64,000 bases of DNA from assembly GCA_040954595.2 (NCBI GenBank), contig CM082580.2:6021519-6085518 (forward strand), read 5' to 3'. Source of the stretch: Balanoglossus misakiensis. Its lineage: Eukaryota > Animalia > Hemichordata. A model generated the notes under the pieces. That model was given only the letters and a program-made list of their open reading frames with translations, had not been told where the DNA came from and did no database searches. Below, one piece after another: positions 46,791-59,700 of this stretch (positions are counted from its first letter, which is position 1; every line of letters starts with the position of its first letter). A program made the translations under genes and the position numbers.

Positions 46791-47086
46791 AAACGACGGA
46801 TTTGTCCGGCCATATCAGAGGTTCATCTGGGATGTCACAGTAAAAAGGGGGTATTGTGCTCTTTTGCCAAAATTTCAAAGGGGAGGGGGTAGTATTATTG
46901 AGGGGGGAATGTCAGGATTTCTGACATAAGAAATTTACATCAAGAAAAGTTGATATACAGGATTTCCTTAGAGAGGAAAATGTTCACTTTTCTTTTACAC
47001 ACAGTGCTTATTATTTTCAAGTAGAAAAGTTCAAGGGACAGAAGTCATTAACTTCTTCTGGACTTGTAACAGTATTTATGGTTTAT

Positions 47087-47092
47087 AATAAA
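47087..47092 (+). terminator. Probable ERCC3 polyadenylation signal
   Basis: AATAAA about 300 nt after the stop codon. Confidence 0.5.
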
Positions 47093-50000
47093 GATAAATT
47101 ATCATAAAGATGAAATGAACTGGTGAATTTATTTGAAGTATATCGGTAACTGTTTACTGAAAAGAGCATAAACAGACTCCAGTACACTGGAACAGTTTCC
47201 ATGCACGAATATGAGTCTACCAGTAGGACATTTTTAAATTGAATAGCGCCCTCACACAACCAAATTTTTAGAATATGGACGCTTCAAATGGGCCCATGCT
47301 CAGCTTAATTCTCTGCCAGTATTATCCTTTTGCTTGCAGATATCATAAAAATTGTTGTCAGAAGGCAGGTTCCATCAACTACAGCAAATTGCAATCTCTC
47401 ACCAACACAAGTTCAATCCACCCATGCCCAGATATACTGTACACAGAACACATACGCAGCTGGGGTAAATGGAATATAATATAATCAAGATTTTTTATTA
47501 AAGGGTTTTTTGTAAATCACAAATTGTATGACAAGCAAAAAAAAGTAACAGTGACTGAAAACATACAATGTTCATCATGAAGATACCATTTTTCATTTTT
47601 CTTTATATGTTGGAAACAATAAAGGGACTGATTAGAAAAGAAAAGTTACATTTCATCAGTATTTCATATAATATGGATATTAATAAAGTTATCATTAAAG
47701 GTTATTAAATAGGACATTTTCATTTTATACAAATATTTTTTTTAATAATACATACAACATGATTTCCCCTGTGTTTTTTTAGGAGTTGATAATTAGGAAA
47801 TTAGACGTGAAGTAGCACACACAAATACGTGGGAAAATTGACATTTTCTACAAGTTTAATATGAGCTTCTGTCTATGGTTCAAAGAAGCTGCATCTAAAA
47901 TTTATGTCTTCTTATCCGTTAATGGCAAATATTCTTGTCCGTTGATGGTAAATATCTGAAGACTTTCCCAGTCCAGTTTCTAGTATAGTCATGTCAAAGT
48001 GACCCAATGCTGAAGTTGTATCTTGAAGTGAAACCAAAAAAAAGAAGAAGCTTGCTCTAGAATACGACACATACCTCTGTTGAAGTTGCTAGATATTTCA
48101 TTCAACAATGCTTGATTATGGTGTAGTTCTTGCAAACGTTGCAACTCCTACAAAAAAAATCTACATATTTACCTCTAAACAAGACTGAACAATGATGACC
48201 TACAAGCTTACGGTTACTTGCAGAGTGACCTGTCCACAACTTGGAACTGTGTCTAACATTTTATTCCCCTGTGACCTAGCCTACACATAAGCTGAACCCT
48301 GGACAATTCGCTCCTTCTCAAACAGAGTCAATTTGCTGTCAATCATGATTCTTTCAGTGCCACAGAGTTCCTGGTAGCAAAGGGGTCTGGGTAAACCGAG
48401 ACTACAGACTTCCAGCAGTCAGTATATACAGCGTGTGTGCCTTTGAGAAAAAAAGTGATAAATGAAGAAGTATGATACCTTCACAAGGTGTATCAAAAGA
48501 CACCCCAAATTTGGAAGATGTTTGATAATTACAACATGATTTGACTGCACAGTGATCAGCAGTGGACTGATTTGTACCAAGAATAAACAGGAATACAGTG
48601 ATTCTAAATGAAGCGTGAGACCTTTGACCTACAACAAATGTTACTGCTGCCTCCAACAGCACTTCACCAAATAAACTCTCATATTTTATGGACATTTGCC
48701 TTGTCCATGTAAATACAACAATTTCTATGTCTGGCTTGAGTTCGGAAAATTAAACCCTCCACTTGTATCATAAAGTATGTATGTATAAATTTGGATATTC
48801 TTTTCCATTACATTTCTCCATGCCAAGGTCCAAGAAATATCCGATGAATTCCTGGTGTACTATAACTCTAGTGAAAACTACAACAGTTAGTCTTACTTTT
48901 CATAAAATCAAGGTACTAGCATAGACTGTCCAAGAAGATACAGAATGACACTAAAAATGCATTTCTGCCACAGAGGGCACACTTTTATATGGTGCATAGC
49001 ATCCATGGCTATAAACAAATGCATAATTCTTTAGTAGTCACAAGTACAGATAGTCTTCACAAGTCGGGTTCATCTAACATAAAACATAGCAAAGAGAACA
49101 CCTTCATGTATCAGACACCGCATATTCACATCCTGCAATAATTTCTATTTCATTACGGGGAAATCTTGAGATGCATTTTTTTTAAATTTTTAGTCTGATT
49201 GTAAGCAAAAGTCGCAAAAAATATCATACATACATACATACAGTCACCATTTTTTTCTATACTTTTTAAACATGATTACACCATATGCAAAATATACATA
49301 ATTTTTTTTTCCTTTTTTCAAAGTCCCCTGCCCAAATCTCACCTACTCTTAAGTCTTTAAATTATGTTGCAGTTGCAACTCTATAACCCATCCATACACA
49401 TGTACACTTATACAAAATTAGTCGAACATTAAACTCCCACAAAATATAGCCAGTTTCTGAAAAATAATTTCCCCCCGAATACAAATATTGCATGAATCTG
49501 GTAATTTATAGCAAAAATAATGTTAAATCACAACATTCAAAGGTGTACGAGCCAAAACAGAGAACAGTGCCATGACTTGTTTGCAACAGAATGCAACAAA
49601 ACATGTTTTTTTTCGCGATAACCTACACTACATCAAACTCCAACACAAATGTATGCTTGCTAAATACAAATATACAACATTATACTTTTCGAAAAATATC
49701 CTAAGCTTTTATATTTTCAAATTTCCTATTGTGGTAGCGGCTCTTTAAATGCTGGATTACTCCTGTAGCCTGCCACAGCTGACTTTATTCGGCTCCACCA
49801 CATCCTGGAAGAGTATATTTACAAAACCTCCCATCACACACAGACAAGATTTTGACAGCACATAGAACGCATACAATTGTACATAACTTGCATAGTAAAA
49901 TACGGATCTGACTTCTTCGAACAATAATTACAAAAAAAAAAATTCATATGATACTTGTGGGCATTATAATATGGAAGGAGAGACACATCCGAATCAAAAA

Positions 50001-50135
50001 CACCCATTGGTATCAAATTTGCATATTAAGTATAATATATTAAATAGTTTGGTAAGTCAATTAGTACAGTGTGCGAGTGATAGTTGTAATGTTTCGTGGT
50101 CTGTCTCCTGCCCGTCATTTGGGTTTCAAAGTTTC

Positions 50136-50190
50136 AACACACACACATGCACGTATACACATACGCACACACGCACGCATACACACATAC
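50136..50190. repeat. Imperfect (CA)n repeat
   Basis: AACACACACATGCACGTATACACATACGCACAC...; a similar tract lies at ~57153-57220. Confidence 0.75.
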
Positions 50191-50750
50191 AATGCTGGGT
50201 TCTACACAGTGTAGCAGAGAACGTCATTGCACACATTTCAAAGTATAATCTCCAGTTCATGATTCTTGCTGTGGTCGTGAACTTTGACCAAATGGCAAAA
50301 CGCAATCTACAGGTCCCGTAAATCTCAGACTGTTACTTCACCAACGGATCAGTAAACATTTAAACAAACTCCTGCCGGTTACTCATCAACAAGTGTGGTT
50401 GCGTGGAAATCAAAAAATGCACCTAAGAGTCCTCGCATTCTTAAAATTTCAAATCTCAACCCGGAGATATAAACAACACACTTGTTGCGTAGATATTGAC
50501 TATTCCAGATTGACCTGTGTGCATACAGTCCTATAATCAATTTCACAAATTTCCGCAACCCCGGCCTCTTTGCTGATTCTGGCTACAAAGTGCACATTTC
50601 CAGTGTCCCTCCAAGGTCACATGTATGCAAGGTACTGTAATTCTTGTTGCAAGATTCAGGTGTCTGATTTCCGTGGGTATATTTCAATTCAACATCTTGA
50701 TTATTACAACTCCAGGAGTGTCTTCGCCTCCGCTGCATTGTCTCCATCTT

Positions 50751-53700
50751 TTATGATTTGTCAGCACCACCAAACATCTGTTCACAAAAAAAGAAAACAG
50801 GAACGAGTTCAGTCGTGCACTCACAAACACATTGGGCATCTAATGTGTACATGTATACAGACACATATGAATGTGCAACTATACACAAACCACACACACA
50901 TACACACACTGTTGCAGACCCCAGTCATTTTACCAGGTTTTCTATAGATCAACAGGTAGCAGAAGTGTTACCATGGTTCCAAAGTCAATTACCAATGTAC
51001 ATGTACCTTGCTGTGGTTTCATAGCCCTACCACTTTCCAAACAACCTACAGCAAGGGCAGTGATAGGGCTACAGACCTGCAGCAAAAATGTTCCCTAACC
51101 TCAGCAAATAAAAGTGTTCAATCATGCCCACAGAAATATGCACATCTTTAATGACACTTACCCCTCTGAGCCTTGACACACTGGCGCTCTCTCTGGTCGC
51201 CGACAGTTCATCTTCTCTCGGCGAGTGTAAATGTCGAATCTGGACCTCCGAGGCGGCCTTGTACAGGCTGTACTTGGACTTGGAAGGGATTCCCCCACGG
51301 GCTGCATACTGACTATAACCCGGCCGTCCAGCCGCTGATGTCTCTGAACCGGCAGCCGTCGCCCCGGCAACAGTTGTCGTCGTTGTCCCTGGTTGCGTCG
51401 TGGCTGGATTTTCAATGATAACAATACCCTTGGTTGGCTTTTCTTCTTTCGGTTTGCTGGGTTCCTCTGGTTTCGGGGCACTCTCTATGATCACCACCTC
51501 CCTTGGTTTAGTGTCCTGCGCTTTCTGAGGCTGTGGTTGTGGTGGTTGTGTTGGCGGTTGGATTTTGTTGATGATGATAGCACCGTGCTTTGGTTTCTCC
51601 TCTTTCGGCTGCACCGGTTTGCTCGCCTCGATGATGACCACCTTCTTCTCCGGGTGCGCGACGGTTGCCGGCTGATGGGATTGGTTCTCGTTCTTCGGAG
51701 GCCACTCCTTGTCAAACGTTCCCGACCTCGCTCTGCTGCCTGCTCCGTGATCTGCAGCGCCCGGGGGACTCGATGGGTTGGAGGAAGACCTGTTGCGTGA
51801 TTCGAGCCACGTGTCATCGTCCTCCTTCCGCGAGGACTTGACGGTGAAGGAGGATTTTTTAATGTTACCCTGAGGGTCGATTTCGATTCCGAACGGCTTC
51901 GGTCGCTCCTTCTTCTCTTCGGGTTCATTCGCGTGCACGACTTTTGGCATCTCCACTTCTGGTTGCGGTTCGGCCGTCTTTGGCGGCGAGCCTACCACAA
52001 CGACCTGCGGTTCTGGTTGTGCTTCCTGTCTGGGCGGTGAACCCACGGTCAGCTGGGGCTCGGGCTGCCGGGGCGGCGACGTGGCCAGGACCACCGGCTG
52101 CTGCGGACTAGACGCCATCACCGTCTGCGGGTATCCGATAACTTGCGGCGGCGACACCGCCATGGGGGCTGCGGCGGGCGGAACCGCCACCACCTGCGGC
52201 GGCATCATGTACTGCGGCGGCGTTGGCATGCCCATGGGATACTGCATCATCATCTGTTGCTGCATCATCATCATCTGCTGCTGGGGGCTCATGGCTGCAG
52301 CAGCTGGTGGCATCATCATCGGCGGCTGCGACATCATCATGGGATTGCTGATGGCCATGCTGGGCGGCTGGCTCACCACCGACGAAGCGCTCGCGATCTG
52401 TTGCTGCTGCTGCTGCAGCACCGCCTGCTGGTTGCTGATCATCTGCTGCTGCAGTGCAGCAAACTGCTGCTGCAGCAAAGTGTACTGTTCCTGTAAAAAT
52501 TTGGCCTCGGAAGCGGCTGCAGCGGTTTCGCTACCTGTCGGTGCTTTGCCGTCGGCACCATGCTCCTTTTCAGCTAAATGCTCCTCAGCTTTCTTCTCTT
52601 GTTGTACCATGTGCGCAGTGTCATCTTTGATCGCGACATCTTTGCTGTCAACTTTGACCTTGGCCTCAACTTTGATCTCTGTGACATTCGATTCACTTTG
52701 CTCCTCTTCCTCTTCTTCTTCCTCCTCCTCTTTAAGATTTTCTTCCGCAGTCTTGTCATCAATTTTCACATCCACAACAACCATCTTCTTGTCCATGTGT
52801 TCCGTCTCCAACTTGGTCTCCTTCTCCCGGACTTTCACAATCTCCTTCTCCCTGTCCTCGTCCTGCTGGCTCTCCGTGGACTCCGCCTCCGGCACAATCT
52901 CGACCGCCTTGGGGGCGCTGCTCTCCTCCGCCGCGTAACCCACCACGCGCGCCTGCTGATCCCGGTTCCTCACCACGGGGTAGGCCAGCTGCGAGATCAG
53001 CTTCTCCTCCAGCATCTCCTGCTCGGGCTCGTTCGACGGCGAGTAGTTGACCGTGTCGTTGGGCTTCTGCTCGTCCAAGCCCAGCTTCATCATCTGCGCC
53101 AGGATCTGGTTCCTCTCCTCCTTCAGCGCCAGGTCCTCCGACTCCGTGGCGGACGACTCTCCGTCTTTCGCCTCCTTGGCCTCCTCCGCCTCGGCCTCGG
53201 CCTCCAGCTCGGCTAAGATTTTCGCTTCCTCCGCTGTCAGCTCTAGATCGTCCTCGCTCTCGCTGCTTTCTCCGGACGCGACCGCCCCTTCTGTCTTCTT
53301 AACGTCCATTTCTACAGCAGGGGCTTCTGTCGTGATGGCGACAACCTTCTGGGGCGTGGTTTCCACATCAATACTGGGAGAAGCAGCCATGACTGTGAAT
53401 AAAGCATGTCTCTGATTAGCCAAATGCAACTTGAACAAGAAGACTGACTTCTCCCCCCAGTGACATTCATGATGCTCTTTAGGGAAGTTCAGCTGATTTT
53501 TACATGTGTTAGCTTTGATTCAGGAAAATGATATCCCCGTGTGTGCAAGTCACATGATTTTATATAAAAACATTAAACAATATTCAATGTGGCAGAAGTT
53601 GTATTTTATAAAATACTATAGTACATGCCAAATTCAATGGAAGTGAAATGCAAACAATAGATGTGCAATGCAGAGGACCATCTCAAGGGAATCCGGTCAA

Positions 53701-56700
53701 ACGTGATACACTTTGTTTTGTCCTATACCCTGTTCTTTTCACCCATTTGTTGCCCACATTTTTACAGAAACAGAATATGCCCACTCACTTTCTTGTTCCT
53801 GCTCTCGCACCACGTCATTCAACATCTCCGCAATATCCTCCGCCTCATCCTCCACGTTGCTGCTGCTCTTCCTCTCGTGGCGTTCCAAGTCTTCGTCGTC
53901 GAGCAGACTGCTTCGCGCACTGGCGCTGAGTGCGGACGAGCTCCTGTCTGACACTGCGAAGATGGGCCAGACAAATTTTCATTTGTCAGGATGTGTAAAA
54001 CCCACAGTGCCAACCCTTCCATCCCCCACTGTAATGACTGCACACGAATCTGGCTACACACCAGTTTCAACATCAGGGATAGACCAAGTCTTTTGATGGA
54101 AGTGGTCAAATCAATGGCTTGGTGGTATATTGCTAATAGAGACCTTTTTTATTGCTAATAGAGACCCTTTTATCAAGTTAGCCAAAAATCTTACATAGCT
54201 ACCAGTGTCGACAGTTTACTTTGATAAAATTCAATTCATGGACAATGTCAAGTTTATGTACTATATAGTCTAAAGTTAATCTTTTAAATCTTTGTTAGTA
54301 ATAAGAAAGGGTATTAGGAGAGAAGATTTAGATAGGGGCAAGGGAAGTTTAATTTTAATTACTTATTTTTGCCTTAAACCAAATTACTATGTTTCCATGC
54401 CAATTCATGAACAGGGTGAGGTGGTGGGATTGTTGACAAATCCAACACGTCACAGATCACTGGAGTAAAAGTTCAGACTAGTTCCCCTGGTTCTCTTTGC
54501 AAACACCCAAATGCGGAATGATATAGTCCAACAATAATGAACAGATAACCAAAAGACACCAACATTGCCCACTCCCTTTAATTAGTCACAGACAGGAAAC
54601 ACCATTTATTCTCCTTATCACCCGACTGTAAACAGCAATCGCCTTCTTACCCGAGCCGCTGTCTTCGGTGGTGGCGTTCTCGGACGTCTCCGAGTCTCGC
54701 CGCTGAGTCGTCGTGGCGACGGAGAGGCGACCCTCCTGGATCAGTTTGTCCACGTCCTCGGGCGTGCTCTCGGGGGAGGGGGGCTCCTCCGGCGGAGGGG
54801 GTGCTATGAATGAACAAGGTCGTTTAGAAGATCTAGTGCGCTCTGCGTACGCCTCGCCGGCGTAACTCTGAGGTCGTGGAGGTTTGGGTGGTCTCTTACG
54901 ATGGGAAAGACCTAGACGAGAGAGATGCGTGGTACAACAGAGAGATAATATATGGATCAGATTGTTTTAGTGTGCTCCTTAACCGCTTTTACCCGATGGA
55001 ATGTTTTTTTAAGAAACATGCAGTGATCGATGCAGACATGCAAAAAAAAATCGACAAATGATGTGAAGTTTTAACAATTATGGGTTTATAAACAAAACAA
55101 AAAGATCATGCAGGTGTTTAAAATGGGGGTGACATTTTTAGAATGATGGAAGCAAAAATGGAAACCCATGCGCTTTTGGCTGTTATTGGCTGAACTCAAC
55201 ATTCTAGCCGTAAGTTGAAACTCACTTGGCAAAAAAGATATTATGAATGCTGTGAAGGCCACAAGCACCAGATTAATAACTTCATCTAATGTTACCATGA
55301 ACACTAATTGGTGTCACAGAATTTTGCAGACAGATATCTCCTTCACCATTATGTCTCGCAGATTGTTATTCTTTACAGTTCTGTATAAGCTAACGTTTTT
55401 TTACAAGCTATGAGTGGGAATTTTTGTTTTGGAGAAGGATTTAAAGCAGAGAGGGATTATTTGCACCGGCAAACTGTAAAAGCAACTACTGCTGCAAGCC
55501 ATTTGTAAGTATAAAACCACTATCAGAAGTTGTCAAACGCTCTATCTATAGATAAGTTAGTGCGGTTGACAGATGAGGTAAATGAACTCTGCACTTTGAC
55601 CTTTCAACTCGGCAGAGCTGTGTGGCGCGAGCTAAGCACGCAGCTATAGATGTGGAGTGAATTTAATTTCATTCGGCAATTGATACCATTAATTTAATTT
55701 AAGATTCTTTACAGGCACACAGAAGAGTCAATGCACTGAAATCCAGTCACACTGTGGAAAAAAACTGTTTGTTTAGTTTTCCCAAGCCCAACTTCACGCA
55801 AAACAGAAGACGACACAGTGCTAACCACAGGGAGTTCCATTACACCTCTGAATGCTACCTTTGTGACCGGGGGGCACCCAATGTTAGCGCTTGCAGTCAC
55901 CCAGAAACTCGCATGCTAAAACCACACCGTCGATCCTAGAATTTTCATTCACGCAAGACAGCTCTGGCATGGGCAATATATTGATAATCTCCAGACGCTC
56001 ACACGCATGGGGTCACGTGAAAGTCTGCACCACTGAATGACTGCTGCGTTAACCCAGCAATATATTAAATGTAAGGCGCTGAACAAAGATTATCTCGGCA
56101 TGGCTTGTTGGTTTTTGCATGAGTGGATGAAAGCCAGTTTGAACCTTACGGGAAACTGAAAGCCTTTAGCATTCTGTACCTTGCACACAAATGTTTAGAG
56201 CATTCTCCTTCAGGGATATTATAGACGGAATGATTATCAATTTCTGGTATATGGGGTATTAAAGATTGAAAAGCTTGGTTGATCACCAGTTTTTTGCCCA
56301 ATACAGATTTCCCCCGCATCCCCAAATCTTTTGAATTTGCAAGAGTTCTCTGTTTGGACTAGCTTCATTATTACTGATTCTGAAGTGTAGCTAGCACTAA
56401 TTCTTGCAGTCACACAGTTTGTTATACAATTTTTCCCTACTTGGAAGTGTAGCCATTTCAGCCAAAAAATATATATATTAATATATAGATATCAATGAAA
56501 TAAGATCTTGTTGGGCCAGCCAAGCCAGGGTATAATATGAACTGCCATATGCACATTCAGCAGTTGAATAATGGACCAATGTCAGTTTACAATGACACAA
56601 AATAATGGAGATAATGTTAAGATGCAAATGAACGATGAAGATTATCACTAAATATTGTGCGACTCTTGTAAGATGACCTATGGCAGTTTATTGCATTTTA

Positions 56701-59700
56701 TACACCATTATTGAGTTATAAAAGAAGCAGCCAGTTAAAGTATGACAGGTTATGAAATGAAATACATGTCAGAAAAAAAAAATATGAGGACCTCTTTTTC
56801 TATCTTTCTCTCAAATATAAAATATGTTTTGAACATGCTAAAGTAACAAAACTTAAGCGCAGTATATTATCTATATTTTTTTTACAAAGTATAATTGTTA
56901 CGGGCATGCAAACAGAACCCTATGATGCACTATTTCTCAATAAATAATGATAAGAAAATGCAAGCATCAATCACAATGCAAAGCTGAGTATTAAAAACCC
57001 CTTGATTGTCAGCGTTTGATTAATACTAAAATGAAGCAGGCAGAAAATATATAAATGTCTATGATACAGAATGGTATGGAGGAATCTTGTATCTCCATGC
57101 TATCACAACACACTCAGTACAATACAACATGGACAGGATCAGTGCCATCTTTACACACACATACACACACGAACGCACACACACATGTACATGCATGTAC
57201 GCGTGCACAACACACACACAAACAAACAAACAATTACCACCAGATACAATACATGCAATGAAGAAAATGCATGAACAGTTGCCGAAATCGTAATATTGTG
57301 CGCAACATTAACATTTTTCAGGGGAGGAGGTTTCCACTCGCTCACCACATTAGCACCACAGTTATTTTTGGAAAAAAAAATTGACACAAAATACATCTAC
57401 CTGAAAAAAAACAATCACCCAACAACGGCAACACTGAAATATTTGTAAATTAATCTCACCGTGGGTAACTATTCCAAAATTTCTAAGCTTGCAGACTGGC
57501 AAAAGCAAAAACACACAGAATTATGACTACACGGTCAATAACAATAATCTTTCCTGCGGCAAATCCGCGAAAGAAATTCAACATTCAATATTTGCAGCCA
57601 AAACCTAGCGGAAAAATTCAATTATTGGTACCATGCTTGCATTGCCTGACGAGAAGTCAATATTAAATGTGACCAATATATTATTAGACACAGAAAAATA
57701 ATGCCCAGAACTCAACAAGAAATTTTATGTACCCTGTAGTGGATTTCAATTCGACATTGAACTTTCCATATAATTTCTCATTGTAAGTAAAATCAAGGGT
57801 ACGGTACCCTCTTTGTGTAAGGCAAATATGTTGAATACAAATTATTCAGCTATTTGCTTTGACTATTAAAGTTCCCTATAATTAAACATTTCTTGACAAT
57901 AGAACTCTTATAATTTGTTCAATATGTGATTAGATCATTATTTCAGTGTACTGACTCAAATTGAGTCTATATTGCCATATATGTCAAATATATTTGCAGT
58001 CCAAGTTTCTACTCTTTATAAATTACAATTTACTGAATATATAAAAATACACGATGTTCAGGAATTTCGTTAGTCATGTTCCGTAAGAACTACGGCACGG
58101 GTAATTATTATAATTTGGCATTAAATGCAGCTGATTAAAATCAATTCCATGAAAATAGAGCAATTTGCAAATTCCTTGCAATATTGTAATTTGAAAAGAT
58201 GAAAGGCAAAAGGATCACGCAAGTGTATTTGTTTTGAATATTACTCTTTGTCAAACTCATCTGTCAAACCATGATTTCACGGCATAACTTGTCTTTATAA
58301 TTGTGGCATGCTGAATGGTTTGAAAACATACAGGACAACAATGTCAGCAGACCAGTCATTCTCTCTTCATGTTTAGCCAACAGACACCAAACAGAAGGAA
58401 AGGACACTGCACACACAACCACACAAAACACACACACATTTGCATATCTCGATGAGCGTGAAATTTGACAGAATTAACTTTGGGTGTTTTTGTGAGCAGC
58501 AAGGCTTTCTATGAATTCACACATCATCTAAACACACAGACATGAGGCAGTGATGGTGGCCAGACATCACACAATGCACCCTATGGAGTATGGTACAATC
58601 AAAACCGATTACGCTGCACGAACAGAAAATACGGAAAAAAAATTTTGTCCTGAATATTTTTTACTATATTTTTACAATACTAAAATGTTAACCTTTTATT
58701 ATCGTTTTTGGCTGGTGATTTTTTCCTAAATTAGAGAACATTTATTTGGACGATGTTTCGATTTATCAACTGTACTGATAAAGAAATGTTCTGTTCATGC
58801 AGCACAATCTATTTCAATTGTAAAGGAAAATGAAGTCATGTAATAGTCTCCTGGACTAATGCACACTCTTGAACCAACTATTGCAGCCCATGCACTGCAA
58901 GCTACTCACATTCAATCACACAAAGAAAATAAAAATCTTGTCACTGTACTGAAAAAATCAAATTAAACATGACAATATTTCCTCTGTCATCAGAATGACC
59001 GTCAGAATGACAAATGTAGTATAATTATTTTTAAGTTTAGAAAATCCAGCTGCTTGTATGAAATATTTGAATAATTAAATATCAATGTAAAATTTTGACA
59101 AGGTTTTCATACATTTTTTTTAAACATTAAGATTTGAGACCAGATATTTCAGTGATATTTTGGCAAACGACTGTGCGTGGGTATTTGATCTGACAGATTC
59201 TTCATCATTCAGACATAAACCAGAGGAAAGATTGACCTTTCATAGAAAAACCAATGACCATGTCCTGACTGACGAGTTGCAGAGATGCCTCACAGAAACG
59301 TATCAAATGCCTCTGCAATTCCATCAATATCGTCATTAAAGTTCATATATGTACCTTCTGAATGATCATCAGTTTCCATGGCGATCTCACCAGGAGGTGG
59401 CGCTGTCGACTCCTTCGTCTGCGATGTGCTCAGACTGTGCCTGGGAGGTCTGTCCGGTCGGTCTAATGTTGAGGGCGGGGTTGCAGCCGGCGAGCTGTCA
59501 ATCATCTGCCCGGCGCTGGAGTCGCTGCCGGTGCTGCCTGTTGATGTCTGTCTCTTGTGCCTGGGCGACGGCTGTGGGGGCGCTCGCTTCTTCACGCTGG
59601 GGGGCGTTTCTGCCCTCTTTGCCGTCGGAGGTGGTGGCGATCCCGCAAACACGGGCTGGGGAGGTTTCGGGGGTGCCGGAGCTTTCCTTTTTTTCAAGGT

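Noticed and set aside
51069-51161. C-terminal 30 aa of the 789-aa ORF (VSVIKDVH...AAGL)
   Set aside because: Begins at a consensus GTAAGT donor; an in-phase terminal exon at 50777-50751 is more plausible.
53060-53130. EERNQILAQMMKLGL as a WH2 domain
   Set aside because: It resembles the WH2 helix but lacks the following LKKV-type motif; not called without an HMM test.
52081-53415. Long plus-strand Cys/Ala/Leu-rich ORFs (also 59349-60486)
   Set aside because: Antisense shadows of low-complexity Cobl-like exons.
54129-54171. 22-bp direct duplication ATTGCTAATAGAGACC
   Set aside because: Simple slippage duplication in an intron with no sign of function.
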